Positions 36,801-47,100 of a DNA stretch of 64,000 nt are shown one piece after another. The stretch lies in the IMG/VR virus record IMGVR_UViG_3300030061_003170, one strand, 5' to 3'. The translations under genes and the position numbers were made by a program. The stretch's first letter is position 1; each line of letters begins with the position of its first letter. The notes under the pieces are model-generated. The model saw nothing but the letters and a program-made list of their open reading frames with translations, did not search any database and was not told the DNA's origin. The DNA comes from a virus.

Positions 36801-39800
36801 GCAGTAGAACATGTACCCAAGTGTCATCGGCTATGGTTTGGCTCCAATTTATCGTATTGCCAACAGCATATGAACTGTTACCTACTTTAAGTCTAAATCT
36901 GTAGTGTGAAGCAGTAGCGTTTTTTATATCCAATCTATGAACAACATTTGTTGAGTCTTGCAACTTAATAATGTCATTATTATCAGTATTCGCATCCGAC
37001 TTAAACCAAAAAGCAAGACAGTATTGATCTGACGTTGTAAAATTTGTCGTTGCAACATCATTGGCATCTTGAGCCATTAAAAGAGATTTTGTGTTCTGGT
37101 AGGCATATGTCTCATAATTTGGTGCATGACCGAACTTCCAATTGTAAGTTAACTCATTTACTCCACGAATTGACCCTTCTGTACTGTCATGTCTATCTAG
37201 CAGGCCAATTCTGTTCTGAATTTTATTCCTCTCCAAGATGTGAGACTCAACAACATTTGAGGCTGCCTCACCAAACCTGACAGATGCAGGGTAAAGTTGG
37301 GATATCATGGCAGAAACGGAAGAATCTATCCACTTATAATAGTTGGTAAATGTTTCAAAATCAATGTCTGCTGTAACTCTATTAAAAAACAACTCACGCA
37401 CTTTATCGAGTCGCTTATAGTTTTGTCTATATCTATCTTCCGGTCTTCCAATTAAGTTGGCGAACTCTTGAATTGTCGAGAATGTTTCTAGCATTTTCTC
37501 AGATACAATTGCATTCATGCTTTTCTCAAGAAGGAAAAAGTTGTCAGATACATCGTCATCTTTTATGAAGTTGATTTCCCTATCACCTTTAATGAATACG
37601 TTCTCGTTTGTGTAAGAAATTTCTGGTAGTTCTTTTTTCAAAGCAAAAACAAATTTGTCTTTTAAGAACCCTGTGTTAGAAGCACCGAAGCCACGACCTC
37701 TACCTCTGTGTTCTCTTCGAATGATTGTGTCCGGCCACCCATATATTGTATTGGTTGAACCAGAGGTGATGTCATCAACTGCAAAATCACCGGAGGCATT
37801 GGATCCAGTTACTGTGTCGAAGTCCCAGTTTAAAATTTTAAGATCTTGACTTGGAATGTGTTTGTTTGCTATGGTGAACATATTAGATGTCTGAAAAGCA
37901 TCACGGTTTCCAAAATTACTGGCATCTTTGTTGTGTGCTTTAATTGCTTCGTTAGGTAGAAAGTCTAGCCATGCTCGGCATCCGCCAACCATAATATCAG
38001 ACTGTTGTTGGACTGAGCCGGTGAAGTTTTCTAAATGTGCGCCTAAATAAATTCTCTTTGGGTTAGATAAAAACGCTGATCCGGACGTAGCATTGATCGA
38101 AACAGTTAGGTTAATTTCATTTATTAATTCATCCAAATTATGGTTTACTGCGTAAAGATCAACTGTGTAGTTTGGTGTGTTATTGGTTACATTACCAGCA
38201 TAAGGATAAGTGTTGGGTTTCACCCTAACAGCGACATTCCAGTGTGTGTTATCGTAGATATTTTCAATAAAAGGAGAAGAGACATTAATTGAGCCATCTC
38301 TACTTTTCATTTGAAACTTGGCACGCTTTGACTCCACTTCATCTCTTACAAGAAAAACCTGGAGAGATGCTGTCTCTGGAGTTACCCATGTGTACTCATG
38401 TACATTATCTGCTGCTTCATGAAACCCAAAAAGAGAAGATGATAAAAAAGTAGTGGGGAAATAGCCATTTTCATGAGCCTCCCTCTTATACGGAACAATC
38501 ATATCAAGTTCCACAGAGAAAGCATTATTCTTTTCATTCGCTGTGGCACGAGACCCCGTTATGAAAGTATTAGAATTAGACACTGATCCTGTTTGATAAA
38601 TTGTTGAAGAAAAATTACCTGTTGAGTTAAAATTGATGTATTTCTTAGACAGCGAAGTGTTTTTTGATTTATCAGTATAATAATGAGTCCCACCGTCTGT
38701 ATAAACATTTAGTTTAACAAGTTCATCATCAACCCCAAAACAACGTATGAGGTTTCTTATTGATCTCTCTGTGCCTTTTGATTTATAGATTGCCTCAAGG
38801 TTATTATATATGTTGGTATAAATTAAGTTTTTAATCTCATCAAGGTTCTTGTTAAACTTATTTGTGTTTTCATCATAAGAAGTCAGATTCTCAAAGACAT
38901 CAGAATCAATAAAAATATCACGAGTCATAAACCCTTTATCTTCAAGTACATTCTTCATGAAAGGAAGTGCTTTATAGTTACCGTCAGAACCTTGCTCAAC
39001 ATATTTCTTGCTTCGCAGATCAGGAAGCGCTGATATCTGAGCGTGGAGGGTGTCAAAATAACTTGCAATGACTTGGTTTATATTTTTAAGATTGCCATTA
39101 TCATCTTCGTTTTTCATCCAATCCGGCATTGAATTAAATAATGACCCGCCGTAAGTTCGGTCATAGTTTGATCCGGATGTCTGCATTTCTGAAACTAATG
39201 AAATAACTTGTGGATGAGACGAATAGATAATTGGATCAGAGATCTCTGTAGTTGGAAAAGCAGAGCCAGTGTCCCTACCTTTGCCGGCATAGCCAGTCCA
39301 AGAGCCATTGGCGATACGACCAGAATAATCTAAAACAACAGCATCTGTTGTATTATTGCCTGTAATACCTTCATTGAATTTAAAATATAACCCCAAGTCT
39401 TTTGTTGCATCATCTGTATTTGCACCACCACCAACATTTTTGAAGTAATTCAAGCCAATCTGTCTGCTGGATCTTTCTGTTTTCCAAAATCTAAACTCAT
39501 CAAGTGAACCAGATAATTTTCCATCTCCTGGAACTTCTGTTCCGGACCCCTGGGATGAAGAAGGTGCGGTTAAAAGTGCGCCAATACGACCTTTTACAAG
39601 TCCTCTAATCTCATTAACTGTAGAGGACCCAAGGTTACTTTGGTTTGTTCTAACACCGTTTTGATACAACGTGGTGGTAACAGCACTAGTCGTGTTCTTT
39701 AGAGTTATCGCATAGTGTTTAAAAGGATCTAGTGTCAAAGATGCAAGAGGTGCCTGGAAGAAGCCGGTTGTTCCGTTTTGCACGGTCAATAGTAAATCAT

Positions 39801-40467
39801 TATTAGAACTAGTAAGTTCTATCGTGACCCTTCCATAGGTAGCAGAACTTGAAATCTCACCGTTCCAAAGGTCTAAAATTACTTCTTTGTCGGAATCTGA
39901 ATCAAATGCTGTTTTCTGTAGGTAGAATTCAAAAGTCGCACCAGCATCAAAATCTAATTTAAATGTTTTTTCTCGATTTTTTGAAGAATCATATTTTGAA
40001 TTTAATTCAAATGCTTTTGATAGAGGATCCGTTGTTGAAAAATCCGATGAAATGTGAACACCACCGTCAATGTCAATGTGTTCTAAAGAAGCATAAGTCT
40101 TACCATAACCCCTAGGGCCTTTTGCCCCCGGAGGACTGGTCAGTCCATGGACTATATATCCTGTGGTTTTGGGGTATTTCTTTTCGTACATCCATCGATC
40201 TAAGTAAGAGGAAGATAAGTGAAACTCAATCTTTTCTTTTTCAGAACCATCATATGGATACTGATTATAGATTCTCTTAATAGACTCGTCATAGTAAACT
40301 TCGGCTAAACCATACTTGACAAAATTTGAGGCACTACTAAAGTCTATTGGCGGAAGAAAGGTCACTCTCTCTTTCGCAACATTATCAGCAAATCTGGTTG
40401 ACTCTACATCAGCGCTGCTGCTTTCATAACTTTTTATTGACTTTGAAAATAAATCTTTAATACTCAT
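33859..40467 (-). CDS. Giant baseplate/tail protein with several LamG-like domains
   Basis: 2202 aa; repeated LamG motifs (TFEFYL..LDEFRFWK..LYFKFNEG; CLAFWFK..FDEMTF..HWRMGD; SVHFWVR..LQNLALY); KSKGTERSIRNLIRCFG, a phage tail P2-I/gp7-like motif. Confidence 0.75.
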   Translation of the reverse strand: MSIKDLFSKSIKSYESSSADVESTRFADNVAKERVTFLPPIDFSSASNFVKYGLAEVYYDESIKRIYNQYPYDGSEKEKIEFHLSSSYLDRWMYEKKYPKTTGYIVHGLTSPPGAKGPRGYGKTYASLEHIDIDGGVHISSDFSTTDPLSKAFELNSKYDSSKNREKTFKLDFDAGATFEFYLQKTAFDSDSDKEVILDLWNGEISSSATYGRVTIELTSSNNDLLLTVQNGTTGFFQAPLASLTLDPFKHYAITLKNTTSAVTTTLYQNGVRTNQSNLGSSTVNEIRGLVKGRIGALLTAPSSSQGSGTEVPGDGKLSGSLDEFRFWKTERSSRQIGLNYFKNVGGGANTDDATKDLGLYFKFNEGITGNNTTDAVVLDYSGRIANGSWTGYAGKGRDTGSAFPTTEISDPIIYSSHPQVISLVSEMQTSGSNYDRTYGGSLFNSMPDWMKNEDDNGNLKNINQVIASYFDTLHAQISALPDLRSKKYVEQGSDGNYKALPFMKNVLEDKGFMTRDIFIDSDVFENLTSYDENTNKFNKNLDEIKNLIYTNIYNNLEAIYKSKGTERSIRNLIRCFGVDDELVKLNVYTDGGTHYYTDKSKNTSLSKKYINFNSTGNFSSTIYQTGSVSNSNTFITGSRATANEKNNAFSVELDMIVPYKREAHENGYFPTTFLSSSLFGFHEAADNVHEYTWVTPETASLQVFLVRDEVESKRAKFQMKSRDGSINVSSPFIENIYDNTHWNVAVRVKPNTYPYAGNVTNNTPNYTVDLYAVNHNLDELINEINLTVSINATSGSAFLSNPKRIYLGAHLENFTGSVQQQSDIMVGGCRAWLDFLPNEAIKAHNKDASNFGNRDAFQTSNMFTIANKHIPSQDLKILNWDFDTVTGSNASGDFAVDDITSGSTNTIYGWPDTIIRREHRGRGRGFGASNTGFLKDKFVFALKKELPEISYTNENVFIKGDREINFIKDDDVSDNFFLLEKSMNAIVSEKMLETFSTIQEFANLIGRPEDRYRQNYKRLDKVRELFFNRVTADIDFETFTNYYKWIDSSVSAMISQLYPASVRFGEAASNVVESHILERNKIQNRIGLLDRHDSTEGSIRGVNELTYNWKFGHAPNYETYAYQNTKSLLMAQDANDVATTNFTTSDQYCLAFWFKSDANTDNNDIIKLQDSTNVVHRLDIKNATASHYRFRLKVGNSSYAVGNTINWSQTIADDTWVHVLLQVSGTGNIPHTASTSDPNSSIKLFVNGAEATVSSNTVTTAFQIGDVNRMLLNSNTNFDMEFDEMTFLTGTLTTSQINELYNAGNYFDPTSDAFSDNNSVVAHWRMGDTPGDTAALVQDVVSNHNFVINPNSSVSLTSDVFNQGQFVQNRDNVNCLWQKEREERSDLPDREIIRQVLVNQTNQTSSNLAQTDKTIYQGSTYARRKLSRPYAVSIGFNNSIHGGTNYSPQKNRNFVREVTSPHGGTFSSGAPKRVFGIGLGGGQGIRERQKCDDVLDPNQLYKFNADAVVGKSSDSQGGSPLSPLAEPEQKLKTEHYWPFNIISGSMKTGYNRRVHAEFKKDAIFANIHADTIDITNEVPMQGPFTNQWVGGNQARHVDINRHDTTLKTEGGAATLNNLQDQYTRPEAWRLLIGEHQTVTSRDGAVGFAGPDYGGPYPNITRKWAIYFREEKAKRPVNVKNIQSTTASANVGNYFHSYEFLNSFGKNKRHFVKSSGFALPTHISVFPETTQALSYISASTNFQVPEETINSSKNMITTRFSAPGGPEVNTRGYLDIATGEMSVYNSINFRNLSVVGSGSGEISADIAPRRPTDRATMVTGPSIRVNDQLNKRRGLRSLLNLHSGRFGVDPTHGSVVSTTYVTQPSFHKQHRNTLFRRENVYRLNRAINFSSTTATAAFPTVISAADTVSVHFWVRFDVVAGSAVSRTILDGNRDGQTTITILRNASQKLVIDICEQGNGSIKRRHTSSDSLVDNVWYFIGFYFRNNTTNVLTINGAAATTTDSNVGGSPSSPSTGLGTITIGEDSSNSNSLKGTLQNLALYSHNGPSTAGNFNDIYSLDVDGTYVNTTYTNNLIQFFQLGEDLEPLVVGNNLGTVTSIPPAFGTNPGVTTVTAGSNLVIVQGYFPGKYIDIEEGFHNTALITSLLPASDFQYSWVMNAISGSNWRNGQKVHGYAPRNGILSSSAGFTEAIVFPSSSALFGED

Positions 40468-41947
40468 TCTTAACTACTCTGAACTTATATCTAAAAGGCT
40501 GCTCTTCGTAAGTGCCAACATCTGGATCGTAAATCGAGATCTTTGCCTCATATATATAATTAGGTTCAAGAATAGAAGTATCTAGATCAAAATAACTACC
40601 CGATACATCATATGATAGTCTAGTATGATTTGTCGAACCAGTACCATAAGGTACAACTACGCGATCATCAACTGTTCTGCAAATTTGATAGGAGGCACTT
40701 GGGAATACTAAAGAATCTGGGATTGTGCTGGCCACATTATAAATATTGGGGCACCATTTCTTATGTCTAGCATAAATTCTAACTCTATGTGTTTGATTAT
40801 GAGCATACTTATTGTTTCTGTTACTCACAGAGAGTACATATCTACCAGTATCAGAGTATTGATAGGACTCAAAAGACTTTGGAGTAATTGTACCGGTTGC
40901 AAATTGATTGGGTGTATCACTGGCTGCTTGGACTGCATTTGCCATTTTAAACCAAACATCATTAAATTCGGTTAATGTAGTAGAACCAGTAAAGGCAAAA
41001 GATGCAGAATATATACCGGTTGAAACATGTCCCCCTGTCACAACATATTGATTTTCAGTCCTGACAAACTCGCGATCATCAACCAGTTTTAGTTCAGGCC
41101 CTGTTGGTACACCGGCAGAACTAGAAAAAATACTAACACCAATTTTCCCAGTTCCAATCGAAGGGATGTTTCTCAGTTTACCACGAATATAATTATACAA
41201 ATAAATTGTATTGAGGTTATCAACACCAGGCGCCAAAGAAGAAGATAGGTAAAATTGCCCTCTATCATCTAACTTAGAACTATCATACCTGGCTTCAAGC
41301 ACAGGCCGACTAAAATAAAACTCAGATGTTCTACCAAAAAACTTCTTTGTAAAGAAAGACTCGGGAGCACTCTCTAGAGAAGAAGACATGCGAACCATAA
41401 ACCCATTGTTGTTTTTTGATCCGGCAACCCACTGGTCAACTAGCGTTGTAACATCAACCTCTAAATCCTCGTCTCCTACCGGGAAGTTTACAGGAAAAAT
41501 TGGAGCAGCATGAGTGGCACCCCCTTGATCAGCCCAACTGGTTGATCCCTTTCTTCTGATCCAGTTTGAGCCAGTTACATCATAGGTACGATCAGAATAG
41601 TTATCCATATCCAATCCGCGACCCTCTTCCCATTCTCCGTTAATTGCAAGAACTTCCATAGTAAAATCTCTTGGCAAAGTAGACGAGTGTCTTGCGTTGA
41701 ACAACTTTAAAAAGTACTTTGTACCAGTTGGATTGTTATCGGCATTTATTTCATTTAAGTCAAATTCAATAAGTATCCTTGCTTTTTCGCTAGAAAGGCC
41801 ACTTGAGTTTGAAACCTGAGCATAGATTGTAAATGCCTCAAGAACATCAGACTGGCCCATATTAGACCCAGTACCGCGAGTGGCGAGTGAACGATCAAAT
41901 GCATTTGTGATTGTATTATCTTTTAGTGCGAAGTATCTTTTAATCAT
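40457..41947 (-). CDS. Virion structural protein (DNRLRE-like beta domain)
   Basis: 496 aa; KDNTI...RILIEFDL...WEEGRG...DVTTLVDQW...NNGFMV...PVLEARYD. Confidence 0.65.
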   Translation of the reverse strand: MIKRYFALKDNTITNAFDRSLATRGTGSNMGQSDVLEAFTIYAQVSNSSGLSSEKARILIEFDLNEINADNNPTGTKYFLKLFNARHSSTLPRDFTMEVLAINGEWEEGRGLDMDNYSDRTYDVTGSNWIRRKGSTSWADQGGATHAAPIFPVNFPVGDEDLEVDVTTLVDQWVAGSKNNNGFMVRMSSSLESAPESFFTKKFFGRTSEFYFSRPVLEARYDSSKLDDRGQFYLSSSLAPGVDNLNTIYLYNYIRGKLRNIPSIGTGKIGVSIFSSSAGVPTGPELKLVDDREFVRTENQYVVTGGHVSTGIYSASFAFTGSTTLTEFNDVWFKMANAVQAASDTPNQFATGTITPKSFESYQYSDTGRYVLSVSNRNNKYAHNQTHRVRIYARHKKWCPNIYNVASTIPDSLVFPSASYQICRTVDDRVVVPYGTGSTNHTRLSYDVSGSYFDLDTSILEPNYIYEAKISIYDPDVGTYEEQPFRYKFRVVKNEY

Positions 41948-43746
41948 CTGATAATTGTTCCTTTAATGTCTCGATCAGGAAACTTAAGTTCCATAATGAC
42001 GTTTTTTGGGGCCTTGATGAAAGATCCATCTCTAGACATCATATCATCAAGATTAATTCTGTTGCTTGAATAAGAAGAGCCGGATCGTGGGAGGATCTTC
42101 AGATGACGAACCTCTGCTACGCCGTCAACCTTACCTAGAACGGAATACAGTCTGTTAACGTATACAGGTTCACCAATGTATAGTTTGTCCTCAAAATACT
42201 CTTGAATTTTACTTATTGATCTACTTAAAACATCTGCATCTGTGAATCGATTATCTATCCTTAATTTAAATTCAATTCCAAAATTCACAATTTTTGCATC
42301 AAAAATGTCAATAACATCATTCATTGATTTATAATGTGTAATCCAGTTTTTAACATTTGTTTTAACTTTTTCATTAACATCTTGAAGTTGGCCGTCTGAG
42401 TTTAGACCAGTTACATAAAGCGCCATTCTTCTATTGGTCGCACTTGGGTCATTAATAATAGATGCTCTTTTGATCTCTCCAAACTTCTTTGGCATATTGT
42501 AAACGGCAGACTCATAATCTTGTCGAGTAACTGCTCTATTTTGCATCGCGTAATAGGCCTTTGCTCTTTCTTTTATTTCTTCATTTGTAACTGTTGAGGC
42601 ATCACCTGATACTGGGTCTTCATTTGTTACCTCTAGAGAAGTAATAACACCCTGAATTAATGTTTGTGTTAAATTTTGCGGATCATCAAATTCAATAATC
42701 CTTCTAACTACCGATTGGATCGTGTTTGAAGCAGCGTTGACAGACTCTGTGGTGTTGACTTTAAACACTATTGTCAACTCTGTGCCTTGTGGGGCAAGTC
42801 CTAATTTAGATGTACCTACTAGTTGCGTTGGATCAAAACTAAGATCTGTCACTTGTCTTTGGCCATGCATACGCAGGAAAACTTTGGACGGATCTATTAA
42901 ACCGTCTGGTTCGTCATTCTCGTCTCCAAAACCAAACTGAATGTATGTTCCTGTGTCGTCCTGCTCCATGACGAATCTTCTAGCGGCAATAAATGGTTTA
43001 AGTATGCTTCTGACACCATCAGATGCGGCATCTTTGTTGGTTGTTTCATTGAACACAACTTCTTGTGCTAAATTTTCAACTTGATAGTATTCATTTCCGT
43101 CTGTGTCAATGACCGAAACTATTTCTGATACATTGTCTCCGCCAACTCGTATTCTACGAAACTTTTTAAAAGTTGCACTTGACAAATCAACTGTCGCTCT
43201 CTGGAAGATTCCGGACGTAATTTGTCCGTAAGCACGGACTGCAAAGAATGTGGTCGCACCAGTTGTGTCATTAAATCTTGCAGCCACAACTTCATTATCA
43301 GCATCATCAAACCGAACATCTTCTGTCAGGACATAATTGCTCCCATTTGCAGATTGAAAGGAAGTACCTCTTTTTACAATTGGTAAATAGGCTGTGTCCG
43401 GCGCTGTGCCGTCACTAACAGCAGGCACAAGCACATACATCGCAATAGTTCCATAGGAACTAGGTGTTCCAGAAAACCTATAACCAAGTGATCTTGCGTG
43501 TTTTCTCACATTCTTTCGTTCAAGAGCCGTATCCAGAAAAGACTCGTTAACACTGTAATCTAGATAGAATGATAAAACATCACCAACATAAGCAACTTGA
43601 TCCATGAGCAGGGAATTAACTGTACCGACAGAAAAGTCTTTATACTGTTCCGGGTAGAATCTTTTTGCGTGATCTATCAAATCTTCCTTAATTGTAGAGA
43701 AGTCTCTAGAGGTATATTTGATAGGAGTGTTTTTTGTTTTTGGCAT
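41944..43746 (-). CDS. Baseplate wedge subunit (T4 gp6 / baseplate J-like)
   Basis: KYTSRDFSTIKEDLI, AYVGDVLSFYLD..NESFLDTA, QNRAVTRQDYE. Confidence 0.88.
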   Translation of the reverse strand: MPKTKNTPIKYTSRDFSTIKEDLIDHAKRFYPEQYKDFSVGTVNSLLMDQVAYVGDVLSFYLDYSVNESFLDTALERKNVRKHARSLGYRFSGTPSSYGTIAMYVLVPAVSDGTAPDTAYLPIVKRGTSFQSANGSNYVLTEDVRFDDADNEVVAARFNDTTGATTFFAVRAYGQITSGIFQRATVDLSSATFKKFRRIRVGGDNVSEIVSVIDTDGNEYYQVENLAQEVVFNETTNKDAASDGVRSILKPFIAARRFVMEQDDTGTYIQFGFGDENDEPDGLIDPSKVFLRMHGQRQVTDLSFDPTQLVGTSKLGLAPQGTELTIVFKVNTTESVNAASNTIQSVVRRIIEFDDPQNLTQTLIQGVITSLEVTNEDPVSGDASTVTNEEIKERAKAYYAMQNRAVTRQDYESAVYNMPKKFGEIKRASIINDPSATNRRMALYVTGLNSDGQLQDVNEKVKTNVKNWITHYKSMNDVIDIFDAKIVNFGIEFKLRIDNRFTDADVLSRSISKIQEYFEDKLYIGEPVYVNRLYSVLGKVDGVAEVRHLKILPRSGSSYSSNRINLDDMMSRDGSFIKAPKNVIMELKFPDRDIKGTIIR

Positions 43747-43768
43747 ATTAAAGGGTACTCCTAAAACT

Positions 43769-43775
43769 TAAATAG
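43769..43775 (-). promoter_or_regulatory. Putative late promoter motif CTATTTA
   Basis: Intergenic, 22 nt upstream of ATG 43746. Confidence 0.55.
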
Positions 43776-43790
43776 TTTTTTGATCAAAAG

Positions 43791-44162
43791 TTATATCACT
43801 TCTGTTGCGACTAATTCAAAGTATTCAACTTCATTCGTACTATCAATTCTATATTGAATTTTAATAACCATGACCATTTCATTCAAAGCCAGAGATATAT
43901 CAAGAATAGAAAGATATGGCAAATATCTCCGGCACTGATTTAAAATTTCCGATTTGGCCTGACTCAGAATACTGGGTGATGCTAAACTAAAAAGATACTT
44001 CTGTATGCCAACGCCAAATTGTGGTTCCCCAACAAATGTTTCTGGTACCGTTAACAGTAAAAATTTTAAGTTTTGATTAATTGCTTCAGTGGTTTGATCA
44101 TCTGTGTAACTGAGAAAACCTTCTGGTCCTATCTCTATTGGAAATTGTATACTAATTGGCAT
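43791..44162 (-). CDS. Baseplate wedge gp25/GPW-like protein
   Basis: INQNLKFLLLTVPE...PQFGVGIQKYLF...YLPYL. Confidence 0.85.
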   Translation of the reverse strand: MPISIQFPIEIGPEGFLSYTDDQTTEAINQNLKFLLLTVPETFVGEPQFGVGIQKYLFSLASPSILSQAKSEILNQCRRYLPYLSILDISLALNEMVMVIKIQYRIDSTNEVEYFELVATEVI

Positions 44163-44164
44163 GA

Positions 44165-47100
44165 TTAACCCTTTTTGTCAAATAACTTTTGAAATGCGTT
44201 TTTGCAATCTTTACCATCCGCATCAAATGGATTTTCTTTAACAATTCTTCTTCTTTGCCACCAAGAAATGCTGCTGTCTAAATTTATATATAATTGAGGA
44301 AGAATATTTTCAAAAAATTTCCTTTTTAAATCTTCGCTGGAAACTCTATTTTCTTCTGGCTCATCATCATCAGAGCGATACACTGAATTAAACAGTTTCC
44401 TACATGTACTCTTTGACTCATTAAATATAAACGACTTCCAGAGATCCGGTGCGATGCCTCCTAAACCTATACCGGAGTCTATTCTTTCACTTGGATCTTT
44501 TCCAATTGATTCAAAGAAATTATAAAAAGAGTAAACACCTATAGAAGAAACATACGTCTTTAAAGGGAAACAGTAATCAACAAGAACCTGGTACTCTTCT
44601 GTTTGCACAAGATTATCTATGTAACACTTTAAGTCTTCTCCCATGTTCTCATCTTCAAAATTGATGTCTTTTATCTTCTTATCAAGAACATCTTGCTCAA
44701 AGACTGCAATTGGAACTGTTCGTGCCGTTAATTGCCAAGGCCTTTGACTAGTTTCAGTTGCTAATTGTATCATGGCCGGCTTGTGAGAGAATGCTCGGTT
44801 TGTCTCTGCATCTAAATCATTTAAGTCATAAGAAAAAGCCGAAGGAGGACAATACATTAGTCGTACCCCAAACTGTACCCCTAAGGAGCCGACTAGAATT
44901 CTGTCATCGCTGATCAACTCTAGGTTGCCAAAATAGTCTGATAGTTTTGAGTTCTCGTCATAAACGGCCCTATCGCTAAGTAATTCCTGTAGTTCTTTGA
45001 TGTTGTAAACTTGTTCCAAGCCGTCTTTGTCGGTGGTTCGAATGTACCTCTCGAGATAAAAAACACCTTTTTCATTTAATTCCTCAAGTTCATCTGGTGT
45101 TAATAAAGCATTGTCAAACACATTTTCTTCTAAAATGTTCCGTGGTACATCAAAAATAGATCCATACCCAATACCAGATTTACCACCGGTCACAGGAGCC
45201 TCAATTTTGCTCTCTCCCGCTCTTAAAGTTGAACCCCTCATCATACCATTCTTAGATAATAAGTACTTGCTTATGTCGTAAACATGAGGTCGAGGGCGCA
45301 TATTAAAATATAACTTCTCAGATAATTGTGTTATTTCCCTTTTCACTATTTCTCTTAAGAATACTTTCGCGGCATCTCGAGCCTTCCATATAGTATTTAT
45401 GCTGTTTGCCAAGCCTAAGCGAAATGGTGATAACGGAATACCTGCTGCTGCTCTCCATAAACCTGCAACATCACCCCAGTCCATCTTCATAGAATCATTT
45501 AAAACTTCTTCCCAATCTTCGCCATAAGCAATAATCGCTGAGCCTCTGGCTATGTCATCGCATGCTTGGAAGAAATCCTGGCCTAGTGAGGCAAACTGTT
45601 CCTTTGCTTGATCTATTTGTTCTTTTGCTTCAACAAGCGCTGGTGTCATCTCAAGCATCCCATCCAAGATCATTCTTTCAACAGATTGCACTGATTGCTC
45701 TAAGAACAATAGCCAATAAGTATAACCTTGTATAACATTGAAAAGATTAAATTGATCCACCATCCCATCTTTCATAGCCTCAATCAAAACATCAGAAAAA
45801 ATATCATCAATGTTTCTATCCGACATTTCAACGCTGCTAAAAACTGGAAGTGTTTTTAGAATAAACTCTGTGGCATATACTCTAACCGTTGAAGTAACAA
45901 CGCCATCCATTAATCCGTGGTTTATAGGACTAAATTGTCTATCAAATGGTATCTCTACCCGACATTCCGGCGGTAATGATAAGCGCTCGTCGAATGGCAG
46001 GTTGTCTTCAATTTCTTTAACTCGATTGGTGATTTGAGCGAGATCTAAGAAATTAGTTGTATTCTCATCACAACTAGAAATCTCAGGGACAAAAGTGCGC
46101 ATCATCCCCATCCAACCATTATAAGTTGCAGGCTCAATGTAAATCTTTGGTCTCCTATAGGAGCCACCGTGAATATCCGGGTCCAAAAAATGCACTCTTG
46201 GATTCTCTGTTGCACTTTTACCAAGTTTTCTATCTTCCTCATCAAAGGTATAACTCCAAGTACCTTCATCATTAGGATTAGCGTCTGGATCCACATATAT
46301 TAGATCTCTAAATTCAATGGCTTGGCTTGCATCATAACCAAATTTATAACCTATAGGGGTCCCTCCATCCGGATCATTTAACATGGCATCCCTAACAAAT
46401 GTAAACATTTCTGAGTTAATCGCTTCGTAAACTTTTCTACTCTCTATACTATTGATTTCTACGGGCCTGTTGAGGCCACGTTTTAGTAAATTTTCAAAAA
46501 CTTTAACATATCCCTTAGTACGACCCGCTACGGGAAACTGTATGCCCTCTAAGAAGGAATCATCATACGCAAAAGGCTTAGAATATTTTATTCTATCCCT
46601 TTCAATAACAGGATCGTTACTAAATGCCTCATCTAAATCTTGACCAGGTCTAAAAGAATAGAAAATTTCCTTGATGTTGATATTAAATTTATTATCTATG
46701 CCGCCTTTTCTGGTTATTGACATTTCCATTTCATAGTCTGGGCCTTCACCATTTGCATCGTTCGTAAAGTTGCCACTAATCTTCACCTCTCCGTCGGTAT
46801 TTAAGAACGAAAACATCGACATCTGTATTTGTTTCCTCATATGAATACCAACTGTTGCAGGAAACATCCCGCTAGCGTTCTCTATATCAGGCATACGAAA
46901 GTCATTTGCGTACCATATAGAGCCATACTCTTTTCTAAATTCCCAGTCTGCTTCTGAGTTAACATAATTTGGAATGAATATCGGCAACCCAACAAACAGT
47001 TCGTGGAGTTTTAATGAATTATCAGCAGTGTCTGTTAGGATACTGGCCAAAACAGAATGATACTCTCCAATTAAATCATCAAAAAATCTTCTTTCAAGCA

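Noticed and set aside
2821-43390. Intragenic CTATTTA copies (e.g. 2821, 5803, 19293, 22710, 29174, 43384)
   Set aside because: They are far from start codons and expected by chance in AT-rich DNA, so they were not called as promoters. 5803 and 22710 remain possible.
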